Positions 28,595 through 46,812 are shown, counted from the first letter of the stretch. The stretch is 64,000 bases of DNA from Syncephalis fuscata S228 (GCA_025786725.1 JAHLTZ010000017.1:62001-126000); one strand, 5' to 3'. The notes: a model not told the origin generated them from the sequence alone. Numbers and translations are program-made.

Positions 28595-28974
28595 GTTTAT
28601 TCAAAGTGCGTTTGTACACGTATACGCCGTGCAGCTACTACCACTACAACTGATAGTGCTACCGCTGTCAACGGTGAGATTATGCCAGACTCCACCTAAT
28701 AATAGCAAAGGATGTACAACTTTCCGTAACGGTGGCCAGTCAGTCGTGGTCAATGAACAGAAAGAGAGAAAGAGAAGAAAACGAAAGATGATCACCTGAC
28801 TAACTGTCTAGAAGCGCTTACACACGCACGTTTAACGCAGAAAGTTCAAGGATGGCTGCACACTTTGTAGTTTAAAGATGCAAGTGCGAAACAACGAAAA
28901 TAAGAGGAATGAATGTGTAGATGTGTGAGGACGGCGAAAGAGCGAAGAATCTTATAACGTGAGCTGCGTATGGT

Positions 28975-29007
28975 GGGTGTGTGCGTGTGGATATGTGTCT
29001 ATGTAGT

Positions 29008-29039
<32 letters not shown>
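28975..29039 (+). repeat. (GT)n microsatellite in the RSP5/RIX7 divergent intergenic region
   Basis: Direct reading: TGTGTGTGTG... run ending at ~29039. Confidence 0.85.
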
Positions 29040-29168
29040 ACAAGTTTACTCGAGTGAATCAGATTAAAATGATAATTCAAATTGAATTATTTTTCTTTTT
29101 TACTATTAGCAAGCTTTCTTAGTTAAACAAAGCACGCTTGATTCCATCTTTATTCTTAGAATTCAACT

Positions 29169-32390
<3,222 letters not shown>

Positions 32391-32438
32391 ATTAACCTAT
32401 TGTTCATTGATATACTTTATGGCCCATTTTTAATAAAT

Positions 32439-33710
32439 TTAATTCGCTTTAGGCATAAATGGATCTGCAATACTTAAACGTGCTACACGCTCTCTTGGCA
32501 ATGGCACGGCCTCTTGTCCATCAGACATCACATGTTGATGTGTAGGGAATGGTGGCTGTACGCCTTTAGGGAAAGCAGCAGCGCCTCGTTTCTTAATGGC
32601 ATCCTTAATGTAAATATACTGCCTATCATATCCGGGCACTGCTCCTCGGACATAGACTAGATTAAGTCCAGTATCGACTTTAACCACCTAAACGATCGCA
32701 TATCAATTATAAAGTGTAAATAGTACACTTGGTTGCTACATACCTTTAAGTTTTGTACGGTAGCATAGTTACCACCCATACGTCCGGCCATCTTTTTGCC
32801 CTTAAATACACGACCTGGATCCTATTTATCTTATTCATCAGTAACTAATCTATACTATAGCACCTATTAAATTACCTGACATTGACCAGTAGAACCCAAT
32901 GAACGATGAGATACAGAAACACCATGCGAAGCACGAAGACCTTTAAATCCATGACGTTTCATACCACCGGCAAATCCTTTACCAATACTAATGGATACCA
33001 TTGCCGTTAGTATTCTATACGGCTGATACACATGCACATTGTTAATATTACCTTGGTGCTTGTACATCTACAAACTGTCCTGGTACAAAATGAGAAGCAT
33101 TAAGGGTCGTGCCTATCCATGTATGTTAAATACCACTACTACTACTTATTACTGTACTCTTTGAACCTACCAACAGGTAGACGCGCATCTTCAGTAACTA
33201 GAAACTCGCACACTTTCTTCTTTGGCTCAACACCGGCATTATTAAAATGACCCAATAATGGTTTGGTCATACGTTGAGGCAATTGATTGACTGAACCAAT
33301 TTGTAATTGCACCATACCAGGCTGATGAATCGATTCACGTGCTTGTATAACTTGTACATCTTCAATCTAGTAAATATCAATTAGACGATAGACCCTTCCA
33401 TTCTACTAGCAATACCTACTTTAAGCACAGTTACTGGGTGACGCACGCCCCATTCATCCCATATTGCCGTCATACCAATCTTAATACCAATAATACCTGT
33501 ACGTCTTGATTCTGGCTTCCATGACGGTGTTGCCGTAGCCGTTGCAGTCATTGTTGCGGCTTTAGTCGGCGTGGCTGTGGCCGTAGCGAATGATGCACGT
33601 ATAGTCGAGAATCCTGTATTCGTCGAACTTGATTGAGGCAGCACTGCTGGACAGGAAGCAGCAAACAGTGGCCGCGTAATCGAACGAGCGAGACGTGTTC
33701 GGGCAAACAT
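32439..33710 (-). CDS. MRPL9: Mitochondrial ribosomal protein uL3m (yeast Mrpl9)
   Basis: Arg-rich presequence; [75 protein letters not shown]. Confidence 0.93.
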
Positions 33711-33830
33711 ACTGACGCGTATATAGCGCGTGTCGTATAGATCAAAGAATAAAGTAAATTGATTAGAAAAAGTTTAAATGGTATAAATAATTCTACTTTT
33801 CTTCTTTTCTTCAAACAACAACACTACAAT

Positions 33831-34473
33831 ATGACAGATCCCGTTGATGTTGTTACCGTTCGACTTATCAAGTCATTCGAGTATCGAACATTCAAAAACT
33901 TATTGATTCATAATGTTGATCTAACTCAAACAGTTATGGAATTTAAACAACATATCCGTGAAGGTAATAGTGGTTTATTAACTATTTATTAATATTAATG
34001 AAATAAAGCAATGAAGATAGCTTCTGGCATGAAACCATTTATGACTATTGACTATGGTAATTAATATAATATCCTCTATATTCTACTTAGTCATGGTAAT
34101 AATAGATACGTTAAAGGTGTATACACAAGCCCATGGATCTAAAGTAAGTAGTTGTTGTAATATAGCATTTTCATTAAACATCCATGATTAATTAATAACA
34201 TTATGATTAGACCAATAATTTAATTATCAATTTAAATCACGACGAATGGATTATGGAAGATACAAAGCAGTTGGCAGATTATGGTCTAGGTAATTTTGTT
34301 ATTCTTATTATTTTATATCTATTTTATATTTCTATTTCTATATTTCTATTCTACTAATACTATTTCTTATTTCTTTTTCTTTTCTTATTTAAATAGCCAA
34401 TGAGACTGAATTGTCATTTTTTAATCGTGATGCCTATGAGACATTTAAAAATGATCCACAAGTAAAATGGTAA
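33831..34473 (+). CDS. UPF0538/C2orf76 (DUF2340) family small protein, multi-exon
   Basis: VTVRLIKSFEYRTFKNL, DTLKVYTQAHGSKTNNLIINL, NETELSFFNRDAYETFKNDPQVKW*. Confidence 0.85.
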
Positions 34474-34572
34474 TCCTTTGTAGAGAGTATAAAAACGGAT
34501 GTTGGATTAAGAGAGAAGCGACCGTGCCTCTTTATCTTTATCGTCATGACATATTAGTCTGATAGTAGTATG

Positions 34573-35660
34573 TTAATAAGGCGCGGTAAATCCACCTCGA
34601 CGACCACCTCTACATATCATATATACATATCATATACATATATATATATATATATACATAAATATTAGTTCATCTATTTTATACCTTTAATTGTCACAAT
34701 ATACTTGTCGACAACTGTAAATGTTGTTATTTCTATTGCTTACCGGCCACGAGGACGGAATCCTCCTCGGTAGGGACGACGACCACCACGTCCACGTCCT
34801 CGTTGATATCCAGGTACATTGGTGCGCTTGGCCGTTACCTAAATAGTAGTCTATTAATAAACTATAATATTATGGATTATTTAACAAATAGTGTCTACCT
34901 TAAGTTGTCGGCCTCGGAATAAAGAGTCGTCAAGGGTTACTGCATTGGCTACTGAAGCAATATCGGCAAATTCAACATAAGCAAATCTAAATATATGTTA
35001 TTACGATATTAAATAAGTAAATGGCTGTTAATACATTGTATTCTATATGGACTGTAATAGTATTTACCCTTTAGGATGACCGGTCCATTTATCGCATATA
35101 ATGGTAATACGATTAATTGTACCGCACGATTGGAAATGTGCTTGAACTTCCTCGGGTGTAGCACCATAATCAACCTATATAAATGATTCACCAGTAAGCA
35201 TATATTGACTATGTATAGAATAGACTCTATTAACATACATTGCCTACATATACCGAACGAGCATCTGCTTCCTCTTTATCTATTATTATTATCATTATTC
35301 CATAGTATTCATTTTATTAGTAATTGGTATTACTTAGGAATATCTATATAGATATATAGATATATATCTACATATATCATACCTTCACTCATTTCTGAAC
35401 TCATCTCTTGTACTACTTGTGCTTGCATTTCCTTTAACTTGGCTGCCTCTTGCTCCATCTCTTGTACACGTCGCTTCATCGCCTCAATCTATCACGTATA
35501 TTGTTATGGTTGATTATCAGTACTACTACTATAGTACAAGGCAGTAGCTTACACTTGATTCGCCATCTTGGGGTGTTAACCCGTTATCCTGGTTGATCTT
35601 AACCGATTCTGTCGTGGATCCGGTGGTCGGTGTGGGCATTGGTGGTGTAGAATCGGCCAT
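34573..35660 (-). CDS. PAB2: Nuclear poly(A)-binding protein PABPN1/Pab2
   Basis: [21 protein letters not shown] coiled coil; [50 protein letters not shown]; KRTNVPG and RGG-rich tail ending APY*. Confidence 0.9.
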
Positions 35661-35803
35661 TGTATTGATCTTAATATAGTGTACTATAATGTAGTATGAA
35701 AAGAATGTAAAAAAAGTGATAAAAATTAAATGTATAGATTTAATTAATTAATTAATTAATTAGTTAATTATTTTATTGATTTTAGTAGTAATTAATGATT
35801 GAT

Positions 35804-38800
35804 CTATGTAGTATTAGTTGAATGTCGAGCTGACCTACGAAGACTTTGACGTGTTGTTCTTGCAGTCGTTTGTTTGTCAGTATTGCTGGTCTTTGATACA
35901 TCATTCTTGTTACTCTCTTCATCGGCTATTGGTACTGTTAAAGATGCATCGGATGATATTATAGTTGAATAATCTTCTATTTCATCAATAGTAGTAGTAT
36001 GAAGTAAATCAAGTTGTGATGCAGATGGATCTTGTTCTGCTAAAGCATACTTTCTCTCTGTTTCTTCCTCTTCAGTCTCTGATACTGCTGCTGCTGTGCT
36101 GCTTCTGCTTCTTCTTCTTCTTCTTCTTCTTTTTTCTTCTTCTTCTTCTTGCTGTGGTTGTTGTTCTGTACTATTTTCTTTATCATCGGTATCTTCTGAA
36201 GCACTTAAATAAAGATTGGCTAAATCAAGGCCATTTGGATATTATAACTATCGATAGTAGAATCAGTGGTTCCAGATGGCTGCTTATTCCATTGTTCTAA
36301 AAGTGACGATTGAATTGTATCTAGAAATGGTGCATTTTCATGGGCTGGCCACTGACATAGCACTTCAAAGGTTTGCCACATACGCTGATAACTAGCCTCA
36401 CTAGTCATACGAGGCAGTTTAGCTGGGCCTTCACCCAAACCAGCCACAATGGATTGCATTAGCGTTAACATTGGATCTTGATCACCTATCAACCCATATA
36501 ATAAATTAATTGTTAATACCAATAAATAGTATATTTCAATAACTCGTCTTACCAATAAATACTTGAGGCCATGATTTAGCTAGATTTTCTAAGCTGGTAC
36601 AAGATTATCACCCATACACTGTTCTCTTAATAAATCATAGGCCAATACACGAGCTTGAGCCAAGTTATCTCCATTGCGCCATAAAACAGCAAGAAATCGA
36701 ACAATACGACATGCATAAGCTACCACAGATTCATCACTCAAATTCATTACTAATTCGCTTGATAATTGTGTAAATAGTTGGATAGTATATTTGCCTATTA
36801 CAATGTGCATTAGTTGCTATTCTATAAACTACGATAGCTGCAGTAATATTACCTCAGGCCATCGATGGTGCATTATCCATACAAGTAAAATGGCATTTGT
36901 TTCACGTGGTGGTATAAATCGTGGTACAAAACATATAGGTAATGCATCATCAAAGTAGAACCGACGCAACGCTTCAGTGCGTTGAGCACCGGCAATAGCT
37001 TGTAAATCGGCCGATTGGAAGAAATGTGTCTTCATCGTTTTCCAATACTGAGTCAGTGCAGTTAATACTGAATCAGGTCGATATCGCATCATTGATTGGA
37101 ATCGATTAAATTGATCATAAACATTGGCTAGATTGTTTTCCATTCTATCCAATACATCTTTAATATCTAAATGGTATTATTAGTCAAATGCCAGTTTAAT
37201 TACATAATGATATACATTACCTTGCAAGTCCTGTTTAGCATCACCCACTGGTATAGGCTCCAATGGCAACTGATTGTAGGTTCAGGTGATAATGGTACTG
37301 GATCGCATGGCACGTTTAATGGAGCGGTAACCGCCACGCTAGTTATTGATTGAATACGGCGTCGTTTATTGATCGGTGAAGTGGGTTTAATTGGTGTGGC
37401 ACGGATAGATTTAGATGAATTTAATACTACAGGTAATGGTACACGAGTTGATGCCACTTCATTCTCCTCCTCATGGTCTGCTTCTATTATATGCTCAAAT
37501 GTGGTAGGATTAACCGGTGATGGCTCCGCTCTATTCTTTGGCGAGTCAAGTTCATTAAAGCTTCTCTTTTGACGATCAAAAAAGGTGGCCGGTAATGAAT
37601 TCTAATCAATAATAGTAAATAAATGATCAATAATAAATTACGTAAAACTTACTGATGGATGACGTGATCGTAATTCACGTTTTAAATAACCAATATCCAC
37701 TTGTTGATCAGTTACTAAATCTTGTAATGCACGCTATTTAATAACCATTAGTATAAACACTTTTACATATAATATTCATTTTGCTTTACCTTTTCAATAG
37801 TTAATCGTTCTATTTCCCTTTCCAAATCCTTAGTAATATTTCTGGTCATTTGCTCGTTTGTTGAAGGCGTCCAAGCACCTAATTGACGCTCTATTTGGTT
37901 ATTACTCCTATTACTTGTTTTGCTGCTGCACGATTAGATTTTTTTCTTCTTCTAATCGATTGGCTCGTTGTTGCGCTGCCTTTAGTGCGCCTTTCGTTCT
38001 ATCTAATTGTTCATTTAACTCTTGTATGTATCCACATCTACTCGAAGTCTTTCATTTGTTTTTTTCTCTATATCCAATAACCGCGTGGTTGATTGTAATT
38101 GTTCTTGTAACTCTTGTATACATGCTAATCCCCCGTCACTACTACTTATATTTTGGCCATTAATAGACGTGGGTTGTGTTGGTGGCTGTGTTTTTTGTTG
38201 TTTTTGCTGTCGTTGTTGTCGGTGTAATTTCTCTTCAGTCTCTTCAACACGTCGTGTCCATGCTCGTATTTGTGCCTCTAATTCACGGCATCGCTTATCC
38301 CTATATATATATTTAACAAAAGTAATTATATTCACCATTTATAGCTTACCGTTCCTCTAATGTTGTCTCTAATCGCCGTACTTTGTAGATGAACCACTTG
38401 ATTCAAATGCTTCTTTATCTTTTGTATCATCCTGGTTCTGTTGGTCTTCAAGTGGCACGGCCCGTGTCTCTGCATCTACCAATTGCTCTTCTAATTTTCT
38501 CTTTTCCCTCTATGTATAAACGCGAATAAATATACAACTCATCTATAGTCTACCCTTATTACCTCTAATACGGCCACTCTGGATTCAGCCCTTTCTGCTC
38601 GTCTTCGTTCATTATCGAGATTCTGTTCTACCGTGCGTTTCTCCGTTGCTATTTGTTGCCATCGAGTTTTTCGATGTTGGGCCTCTTTCTCAAACGTTGC
38701 TGCTTTATCCATCCATTGTTTAATATGCTTTTCTTTATCAGCTTGGCAATGTTGCAAATCAGTCTCTGCTTGTTTTAAGCCTAATGTCTGCTATTAGCCA

Positions 38801-38945
38801 TTGTTTATATATAACAGCTTTGCAACTATTTACTTTGCGCGGTTTTATTATAAACCTCAATTAAATTGCTGGTTTTAATAATTTTAGACTTTAGTTTGGC
38901 CACATTAGCGTTGAACCTTTCAAGGTTCTGGTCATTATTAGCCAT
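35804..38945 (-). CDS. Multi-exon coiled-coil protein, possibly ICE1 (little elongation complex subunit 1)-like
   Basis: Consecutive minus-strand exons: N-terminal MANNDQNLERFNANVAKLKSKIIKTSNLIEVYNK, long coiled coil, helical domain with CRIVRFLAVLWRNGDNLAQARVLAYDLLRE, acidic tail. 3' end approximate; the family call is from remembered sequence only. Confidence 0.7.
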
Positions 38946-39225
38946 AACCGTAATAAAGACTCAGATTAATAGATTCAAGAATAATAATAATAATAATAAC
39001 GTTAGAGTAGAAGGAGTCACCTTCAAGTAAATACTAGCAAATAAAAGCTAAAAACAATGTCAAATAATAACATTTAAAAGAAAAAAGCTACTTTTTCTAA
39101 TCTATCAATATGGGTGTAATTATACTATTTACCACTCCTATTTGACTTTTACTTGTTATTAATTGTTCATTCCTTTATTTCAACTTTTTGTAATAGTACT
39201 AGCTGAATCACAACGATCAAAGCTC

Positions 39226-41472
39226 ATGAATACACAGGATGCACGAGATATATTAGACCTGGGAGCAACTGCCTCAGCTTCTGCTACATCTAGTATGACG
39301 GGCAGTGCAGTAGCAGCCGCGTCTACTGGCCAGCGACACCCAGGTCCTTTACCGCGAGAAAAGAAGCCAGGTTTGTTTTACTATTGCTGGAATCCTATGT
39401 TGACGCTGATACTTAATATATCCTACTACTATAGATGGTGTCAATCGCGAACTATTCAACTTGATTGGCGGATTAGCTACTCTACCAATATCTGAACAGC
39501 GTGTACGATTTAAAGAAAAACCAAATTTTGCTGCTAAACAGTCACATCTCGCTGGTAACTGTGCTATTACTAATCGATTTGTTTAATAGACTAATAAATG
39601 TTATTAATACTAGGGCCAAGAAGGGATTTACTAACAGTGCACGGGATGATGACTTGGTATTATATCACTGGGTAAATGAAGCTGATGAATCAACGGGTAA
39701 GCAGTAATAGGTAGTATTCAATAATAGCTTATATTTAATGATAGATCGATCGTTTGCTGGATTCAATAATGTTGTTGATGTTGTCGAGTATAATGATGAT
39801 GAATATGACCGTTTTTTATCGGGTAATGAAACGAAAGCATTTACATCAACAGATACTCAATTCTATTTAGATTTGGATACTGACTGGAGCAAGCCAGAGA
39901 CAGACTATCTATTTAGCCTATGTCGACAATTTGACCTTCGATTTTTGATCATTGCCGATCGGTACAATTACATAGAAGGACCGGATGCATTGCCACCTCC
40001 TGAACGTACACTAGAGGATATTAAAGAACGATACTATACAGTAGCTCGGCGTATTCTAAAAGCACGTATGTCTTCAGCCCACGGATCAGGAGTTCTACCA
40101 CAAGATTACTTGATGCTTATCTATTCGACAAAGGTAATTAAGGAGCAATTATAAGATACTATAGGCTATAATAAATAAATGGCCAAATAGAACGAGAACA
40201 AGAACGTAAACGTATACTGGATAAACTATTCCATCGTAGTATGTCTGAAATTAAGGTATTAAGGAAATGGCTATCTATCTAATAATTTACAACTAATTGC
40301 AACTTGTCTATTAGGAGGAGGAAGCGTTGGTGGCAGAAGTACGTCGAATTCAACTACAACAGCGTAAACTACAGCGTGACCATGAACATGTAATGCGTCT
40401 ATTAAACATACGTGAAGCACCAAGTGTAGGACCAGTAGGTGTCAATAATGGCCAACACAGCACTACACCCAATACTCAAGGCAATTTACAGGCCACTTCT
40501 CATGCTAATGCTAATAACCATAATAACAATACCAATCATGCTGGTCATAACAATCAGTCATATGCAACACCGGCACCTAAACACAAATCAGGTGGACAGC
40601 AACAACGATCGGCCACTAATGCAGAGACAGGTGGCGAGAGTACAAAGGTAGTTCAATTAAAAGACATTTACATTAAGATAAATTTAATTAATAATTAATT
40701 ATATGAATTATAGGCACGAAAGCGTAAATTGACAAGAAAAGATAGTAATGTATCTGGTCTGGATTGTAAGTAAATAGAATAATAGTTCAATTAAAAGTAT
40801 TTAATATTAATATATCTCGTATCTTTAGTATCACCAAATACAGCGGGTACAGATCTAGCAGCCAGTGGTACACCGCTACCAAAGAAGGAACGACTTACTG
40901 TAGGCGTATCATTACGTAGTGCACGCATTCAACCAATTCGAGCCCAAACCACCGCCAATAAAGTTATTACTTGTTTCCGAGAACTAGGTATTGGTAAGTA
41001 TTATAATAGAAGCAACATTAGTTGTAATTTATATTGATGATTGTTATTAGGTCCTCGACCAGTTATGGCTACAGAAAAAGTATGTGCTAGTTATGAACAA
41101 TTACGTCAAAGTGTTATCAAAATGCTTGAACGAAAGAAATACGCCGATCGATTGGAACAAGAACTGCGTACTTTAAATTATCGTAAAGATGAATTAAAGG
41201 GGAAACCACTGCCAGATAGTATGAATTCATCGCTATTAACAGGTGGTGGGGATGATGATGATGATGATGACCTTGGTACTGTAGCTAATAACAACGATGA
41301 AATAATATCCATGACTATGATAGCCTCTAATACACCGAAGGGACAAGGAGTAAGTGTTGATTTGTTATTAGATACATTATATTAACATATTATTAATTAA
41401 CGAATGTAGAGAAAGCGATCTATCAGTGGTGCAAGTGCTACTACTGCATCACAGAAACGTATACGTCGCTAA
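39226..41472 (+). CDS. SWC4: SWR1/NuA4 subunit Swc4/Eaf2 (DMAP1)
   Basis: DARDIL, KPDGVNRELFNLIG, FTNSARDDDLVLYHW, SANT domain WSKPETDYLFSLCRQFDLRFLIIADRY, RTLEDIKERYY. Two apparent 1-nt deletions (~39548, ~40108). Confidence 0.92.
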
Positions 41473-41803
41473 TAATAAAGCGATTCATTGTATTATCTTG
41501 ATTTCGATGACTATAAGCTACAAAAATAAACAGTGCAAAAATGATCATTTATTCAACTAGATATTTTAATCATTGTCTTCTAATTGATCGATAATAATCA
41601 TATCAATAAAATAATGACAAAAGTGATAACAACAACAATAAAAACAACACGCCTTGTCTCGTCACTATAAAGCGTGTTGCCGATAATAATGATAATGGTG
41701 GTGACGAGCCTTTTCGTTTTAAAACTTACTAATACAATAACAACTGCGCGAATCTTCTTATTTTTATCGTTGATGGCTATCAGTTCATGTATCTATGCCC
41801 ATC

Positions 41804-42594
41804 TTATTTAGTAGACATGGCAGAAATCGATTCATTGTTATTATTATTGTTATTAGTATTGTTATGTAGCATTGGAAGATGGGCGGTAACAGCAGCACCT
41901 TCACGCCACAATCGTTCTAATACCCATTCAAATCCACGTCGGCCAATAGCGGCATTCTCGCCAAATCGTGTTAGAGCAAAATCCTCGACACGGCCCGCCA
42001 GTCGAGATAATGTACCTAGTGCACTAATACGTGCTTCTTGTACAAATACCGTGCGTCCATTGCCTGGTGCACCACCCAGAGTAGTAGCGGGTGTATCGAC
42101 TGCTACGGCGCCATCTGTATATTCAGATGTAGCAACGCGATAGTCGCAACGCTCTTCAACGGTCATCACATCACGCATAGATAGATTCCAGGTGACCGAT
42201 GTGTGAACACGCCCAGCTGGATCGACTTGTGATAGCTCACGTGCAAATGATAAATCGCTGGCCCCTAACAAGCGTCGGAAGAGGGCAGGAATAGGCTGTT
42301 TACATGTGATAAGTCGTTCCGTGTGTAGCACACCGGTATTTGGATCAACACGGCGTTCGAGGATATCGACATGAACAACATGGGCACAGTTTGGATTGGG
42401 ATATTTAAGCCAGTTGGCAGTCGTTACTTGATCCCAGCTATAGCTGTAGTAGTAGTAGTAGTAGTAGTATAAAGAATAACAACAAAACAATAAGTATATA
42501 GACAAGTGGTACGCGTACCCTATCAACTATAGGCATACACTTATATGCACACGTATACTTACTCGTAAAGGTGGGTAGAAGAGAACAGCTTCAT
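41804..42594 (-). CDS. UPS2: PRELI/MSF1 family mitochondrial lipid-transfer protein (Ups2-like)
   Basis: MKLFSSTHLYD|YSWDQVTTANWLKYPNP, VHVDILERRVDPNTGVLHTERLITCKQ, RFGENAAIGRRGFEWVLE. Confidence 0.85.
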
Positions 42595-43074
42595 TTTACC
42601 AGTAGTAATATAGTAGTAGTAATAACAATAAGCAAGTTAATGCTACTAGACTAGCACTTGTATGACTTGAGAGGAAATGCTCGTTAAACACTTCAACGCT
42701 TATATATGCACTCCTTTCGGATCCCTTTAATAGATCCAATTTATAAAATACCAAAGGAAGAATAAGAATAAAGGGAATCAACAACAAATAAACACACAAT
42801 GCACGCACAACAATCGGGAAATGCACAAAGAAGATCTAGTACGAATATAGATCGACGGCTGTTTATATAGAAGTGCCTGTAAACCGGTGCTGTGTGGGTG
42901 TGTGAAGAGAAAAAGGAGAGTAATTGTTTTTCCAGTGGCCAATACAACAAAAGAGTGAAAACTAACGAAAATGGTATGAGCGATTACGGTTTTCTCCGAT
43001 ACCATTCACATGCACATGCACGCGCTCAGTATTAAAAACAAAGAACGAATAAGAAGAAAACAACAACACACGTA

Positions 43075-43279
43075 CTATACGTTAAAGTCCATAAATGGTT
43101 GTAGTTGTTGAGCAACAAGTGGTGGGAACTCATAGGCTCGCAATGTTTCATAAAAAGTAGTTGTGATTTCATAGATGCAGTTTTCAAATACTATTATCAT
43201 CATTGGCAGTGTATATAGAATGATAGATAGATAATACATAAAAAATAAAACACAAATATTATTAGTACGTCATCATTGC

Positions 43280-43312
<33 letters not shown>

Positions 43313-45455
43313 CCGTCTTTCATGACAAGAGATTGACGATGAACAATCTGGGCGTGAGATAAATCACCTCGTACAGCATCGAGTCCATGGAGCGGAGATG
43401 AGGCCTGGTGGACTTTTAAAGTCGCCATACAAGCAAGGTAGCGCTCGAGTACCCGAGGCACGTCATATTGTACGCTGCCGTAACGATCTTCATTATAAGA
43501 GGCAGCGATTAAATGCGATAATGCTAGCAGTAATAGAGTAAATATCACAATAAATATATAACATACCTTTCTATTTACCATAACTTACCTTGAGAAGCCC
43601 AAATAATACGCTCAATATCCGCGTATGGCTGTGCTGCTTGATTTGCTAGACGTGACCATACTAACTGTCGACCAGCTGACCATTGGGCAATTAACCGTTC
43701 AATGCTTGATGCTATCCATCCGCGTACACGATCAACTAGACCACTGCCTGGTGCAGATGGCAATGCATTGGCAGCATTAAGACCTGATACTTTTGTGCTT
43801 GACGATAACGGCTGCTTCTTTAATAAAACATTATTGTAAACAATTCGCTGGTTAGCAACGCCTCGTGTTGGTTTTTTCACCACTTCAATGGATGGTGGTG
43901 CTAGTGATGCTGATGTTGGCTTGGCTGTTTTATAAATGATTGTTTTATAAATAATTGTTTTATAAACAATTGTTTTATAAATTATTATTAATCATTATAA
44001 TTAATTATACTTCATTGTAATCAATATTATAAAATCATAACTATTTACCTGATTCATCTGTCAATCCACCACGAAATAGATCAAGTGTATCAAGACAGGC
44101 ATCACAGATCTGTCGCCATCCTGTAGGTCGACTTTCAACATCTGAAAATAAAGCAATTCGCCATTGTTCGTCATATCGTGTCAATCGCCAGAGCTCCAAA
44201 TAGGCCAAGCGTTGAATAAGCGGCTTCTTATTCGCACGCAATCCATCGGCGAGTGTGGCAAACGGTCTATCGCATCCCATAGAAATAGATACTGGCTAAA
44301 TACTTTATCAATATACACATCACAATTATTTTGCTGCTTATGTTTACCTCACTAAAGAACACATCGAATATTTCATTGACCGTTTCCCAGCACACGATAC
44401 ATAAAATGCCGCCCAAGGTAGACCGAATTAAAAGTGGTATATTCCAGAGATGGCCAAACCGTGAACCGCCAGCATCCACAGCGCTATTTACTGTATAAAT
44501 AAACCGTTGATAGAATATACATACAATACCACCTACCCCGACACAAATCCAATTGTAGATTGGACGACAGCATAGGTAATTGGACCAAGAAACAAGTAGA
44601 TAAACACAAATGTTCGTGTAAATCGCAAAGCGCCCTTCCATGCAACGCCTAGCATCGTTGGCATTCGGCTTTTAATTGAATGGTATCGTTTTTGCTAGTC
44701 CAAATGTCAGTAGCTTATATCTACCGCCCATCAATAGCCATCTAGTTACCTGAGTCATAGGAAATAAAATATGATCACGCTGATAAACTATATGTCCTAT
44801 ACCATAGATAATACCTAGCACAATGGCGTGCCAATAAACATAAAGAGTGCCGTCATTAACAAGATTGCGCTTGGTTATGCTAAAAGAGTTGAAGAATAGC
44901 CAAATTAGTGTTACTGGGCGTTATTACGCGTCTAGTAGCCTACCTATCGCGATATAGTATACTGGCATATTGCGATCCATTGACAGTATAGTACATTTTA
45001 GTTAGAAAGAGCGCCGAGACGCTGTAGATTGCAATGGCCGCAACAGCTCGAAACGTCAATAGCTGCGTGAGTACATGCCCTAGCTCCGAACAAGCCGGCC
45101 GTTGCACTACCGACGTGCCATTAGCATAACTTATCGTCTAATTATACGAATCGCTTACCATAGAGTGCGATCTTGCGATAAACAAGCAACGCTAGTAAAG
45201 GCAACAGCGCGAATAATGTGGCAAACCACTGACCGATCGAGAATACATTTAAGAGTAGATCTGGTATGAACAAGACGCAAAAAGTCAATATACATTACGT
45301 CGATACATACAGGCTGTAGGCATACTCAATCCATCCGTAAAAACATTTAATTGCCAAAGATAAAGATAAATAAACGTAAAGGCGGATACCCATATTCCAG
45401 CTGCTATAGTGCGATGTTGCAGTATCGCTGTACAGCGCAGTGTATAGCTGTTCAT
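43075..45455 (-). CDS. NDC1: Transmembrane nucleoporin Ndc1
   Basis: N-terminal TM segments; LAYLELWRL...WRIALFSD; LSHLIAASYNEDRYGSVQYDVPRVL. Confidence 0.8.
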
Positions 45456-45574
45456 TGTGGTGCAAAGAAAAAGAAAACAAATGGCTAACTATGGCCACGC
45501 GTTATTTCTGTTTTTATTTTTGTATTAAACGACTAAATTTAATAACTTTTGCACAATTGAACTAATATTCGCTC

Positions 45575-45990
45575 TATTGAACATAACGATGGGTGGTGAG
45601 TGACGTCAGCCATTAAATACCTATATTTTAGATTTATTATTCAATATGCATATATCACCATTTACTTACTATTATTCCCCTTCTATTTTACACTACTATT
45701 ACTACTCTATAGTATACTAAATACACTATATTACTTGTATGTTCCAGTACACTTTGCTCATTCCTCTCATCGCAGTGTATATATACCATAGTGTCAACAC
45801 CACTCATCATGCTCTTTCCATTGTATATCTATTTTATTCTATATCATTTATGCTCGTATAGCCTTGCTCTATTCAAAACTGTTTTTTGTTATTACCTTTA
45901 TTGTTTACAAGCTTTAGCTTGGTTCTTTCACTCATTCATGCCTATATGCACACTATAACTTTAGCATTGATAATCGCACACTTTCCCTGC
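45575..45990 (+). mobile_element. Old, degenerate copy of the repeat family
   Basis: GAACATAACGATGGGTGGTGAGTGACGTCA core followed by a diverged version of the segment at 47745-48000 / 58305-58640. Confidence 0.6.
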
Positions 45991-46812
45991 ACATTCATTC
46001 TGTTATATATTGTCTCACTATACACTAGCTACGCACTACTTAGCTTTACTAGCACCAGTGCGATAATAGTGGCAGTAGTTGTACTCATTGCTATATAGCA
46101 TAGACTATATGCGCCATATTCCTTTCTTCTATTACTTTACTCACTACATTCTTTCTTTCTATTTCTTATTTATTACAATCTATATATACCTATAACAGTA
46201 AGTACACCCACTATATGCACGCCACGCTTGAGTCTACCTTTTTTTCTTTCATACCGTTATGCTCATTTGTTTGCTTTGTTTCTATTGTTCCAGTGAATAG
46301 TATTTCATCAGCTATAGTATACACACTATATGTATGCTAGTCATCTACACTATATGCACTCTTATTTTTGCTTATGTTTATCGCAAATACGCAGCATTGC
46401 TTTGCCAACTGCATTGCTATTGAATGACAGACTGTGCATATGTATATAATATATGCATATATTCCTTTTACTATTGAATAGTATTTATAGTCTATAGTTG
46501 TATATAGATTGCACCACGCTACTCATCTATGCTTTTGTTGCTACTCATTGGCTTATGACACAAGTAAATTATTGAATTGTGTTAATAGTATATTATGCAT
46601 AATAGTAGTAACTAAACCAGTATATTACATGCATACACTATTGCTAGCATTGTATATATAATTGTATTTATTATTGTGCGTATGCGTTTGATTATGTGTA
46701 TGGCGCAATAGTAGATGCGTGTGTATGTATTTGTAGAATGGTCACTACAATTGCTGTAAGCTTTTACACAAACTAGAAATTATGAATGAGTGCAAAAAAA
46801 TGCCTCCACTTC

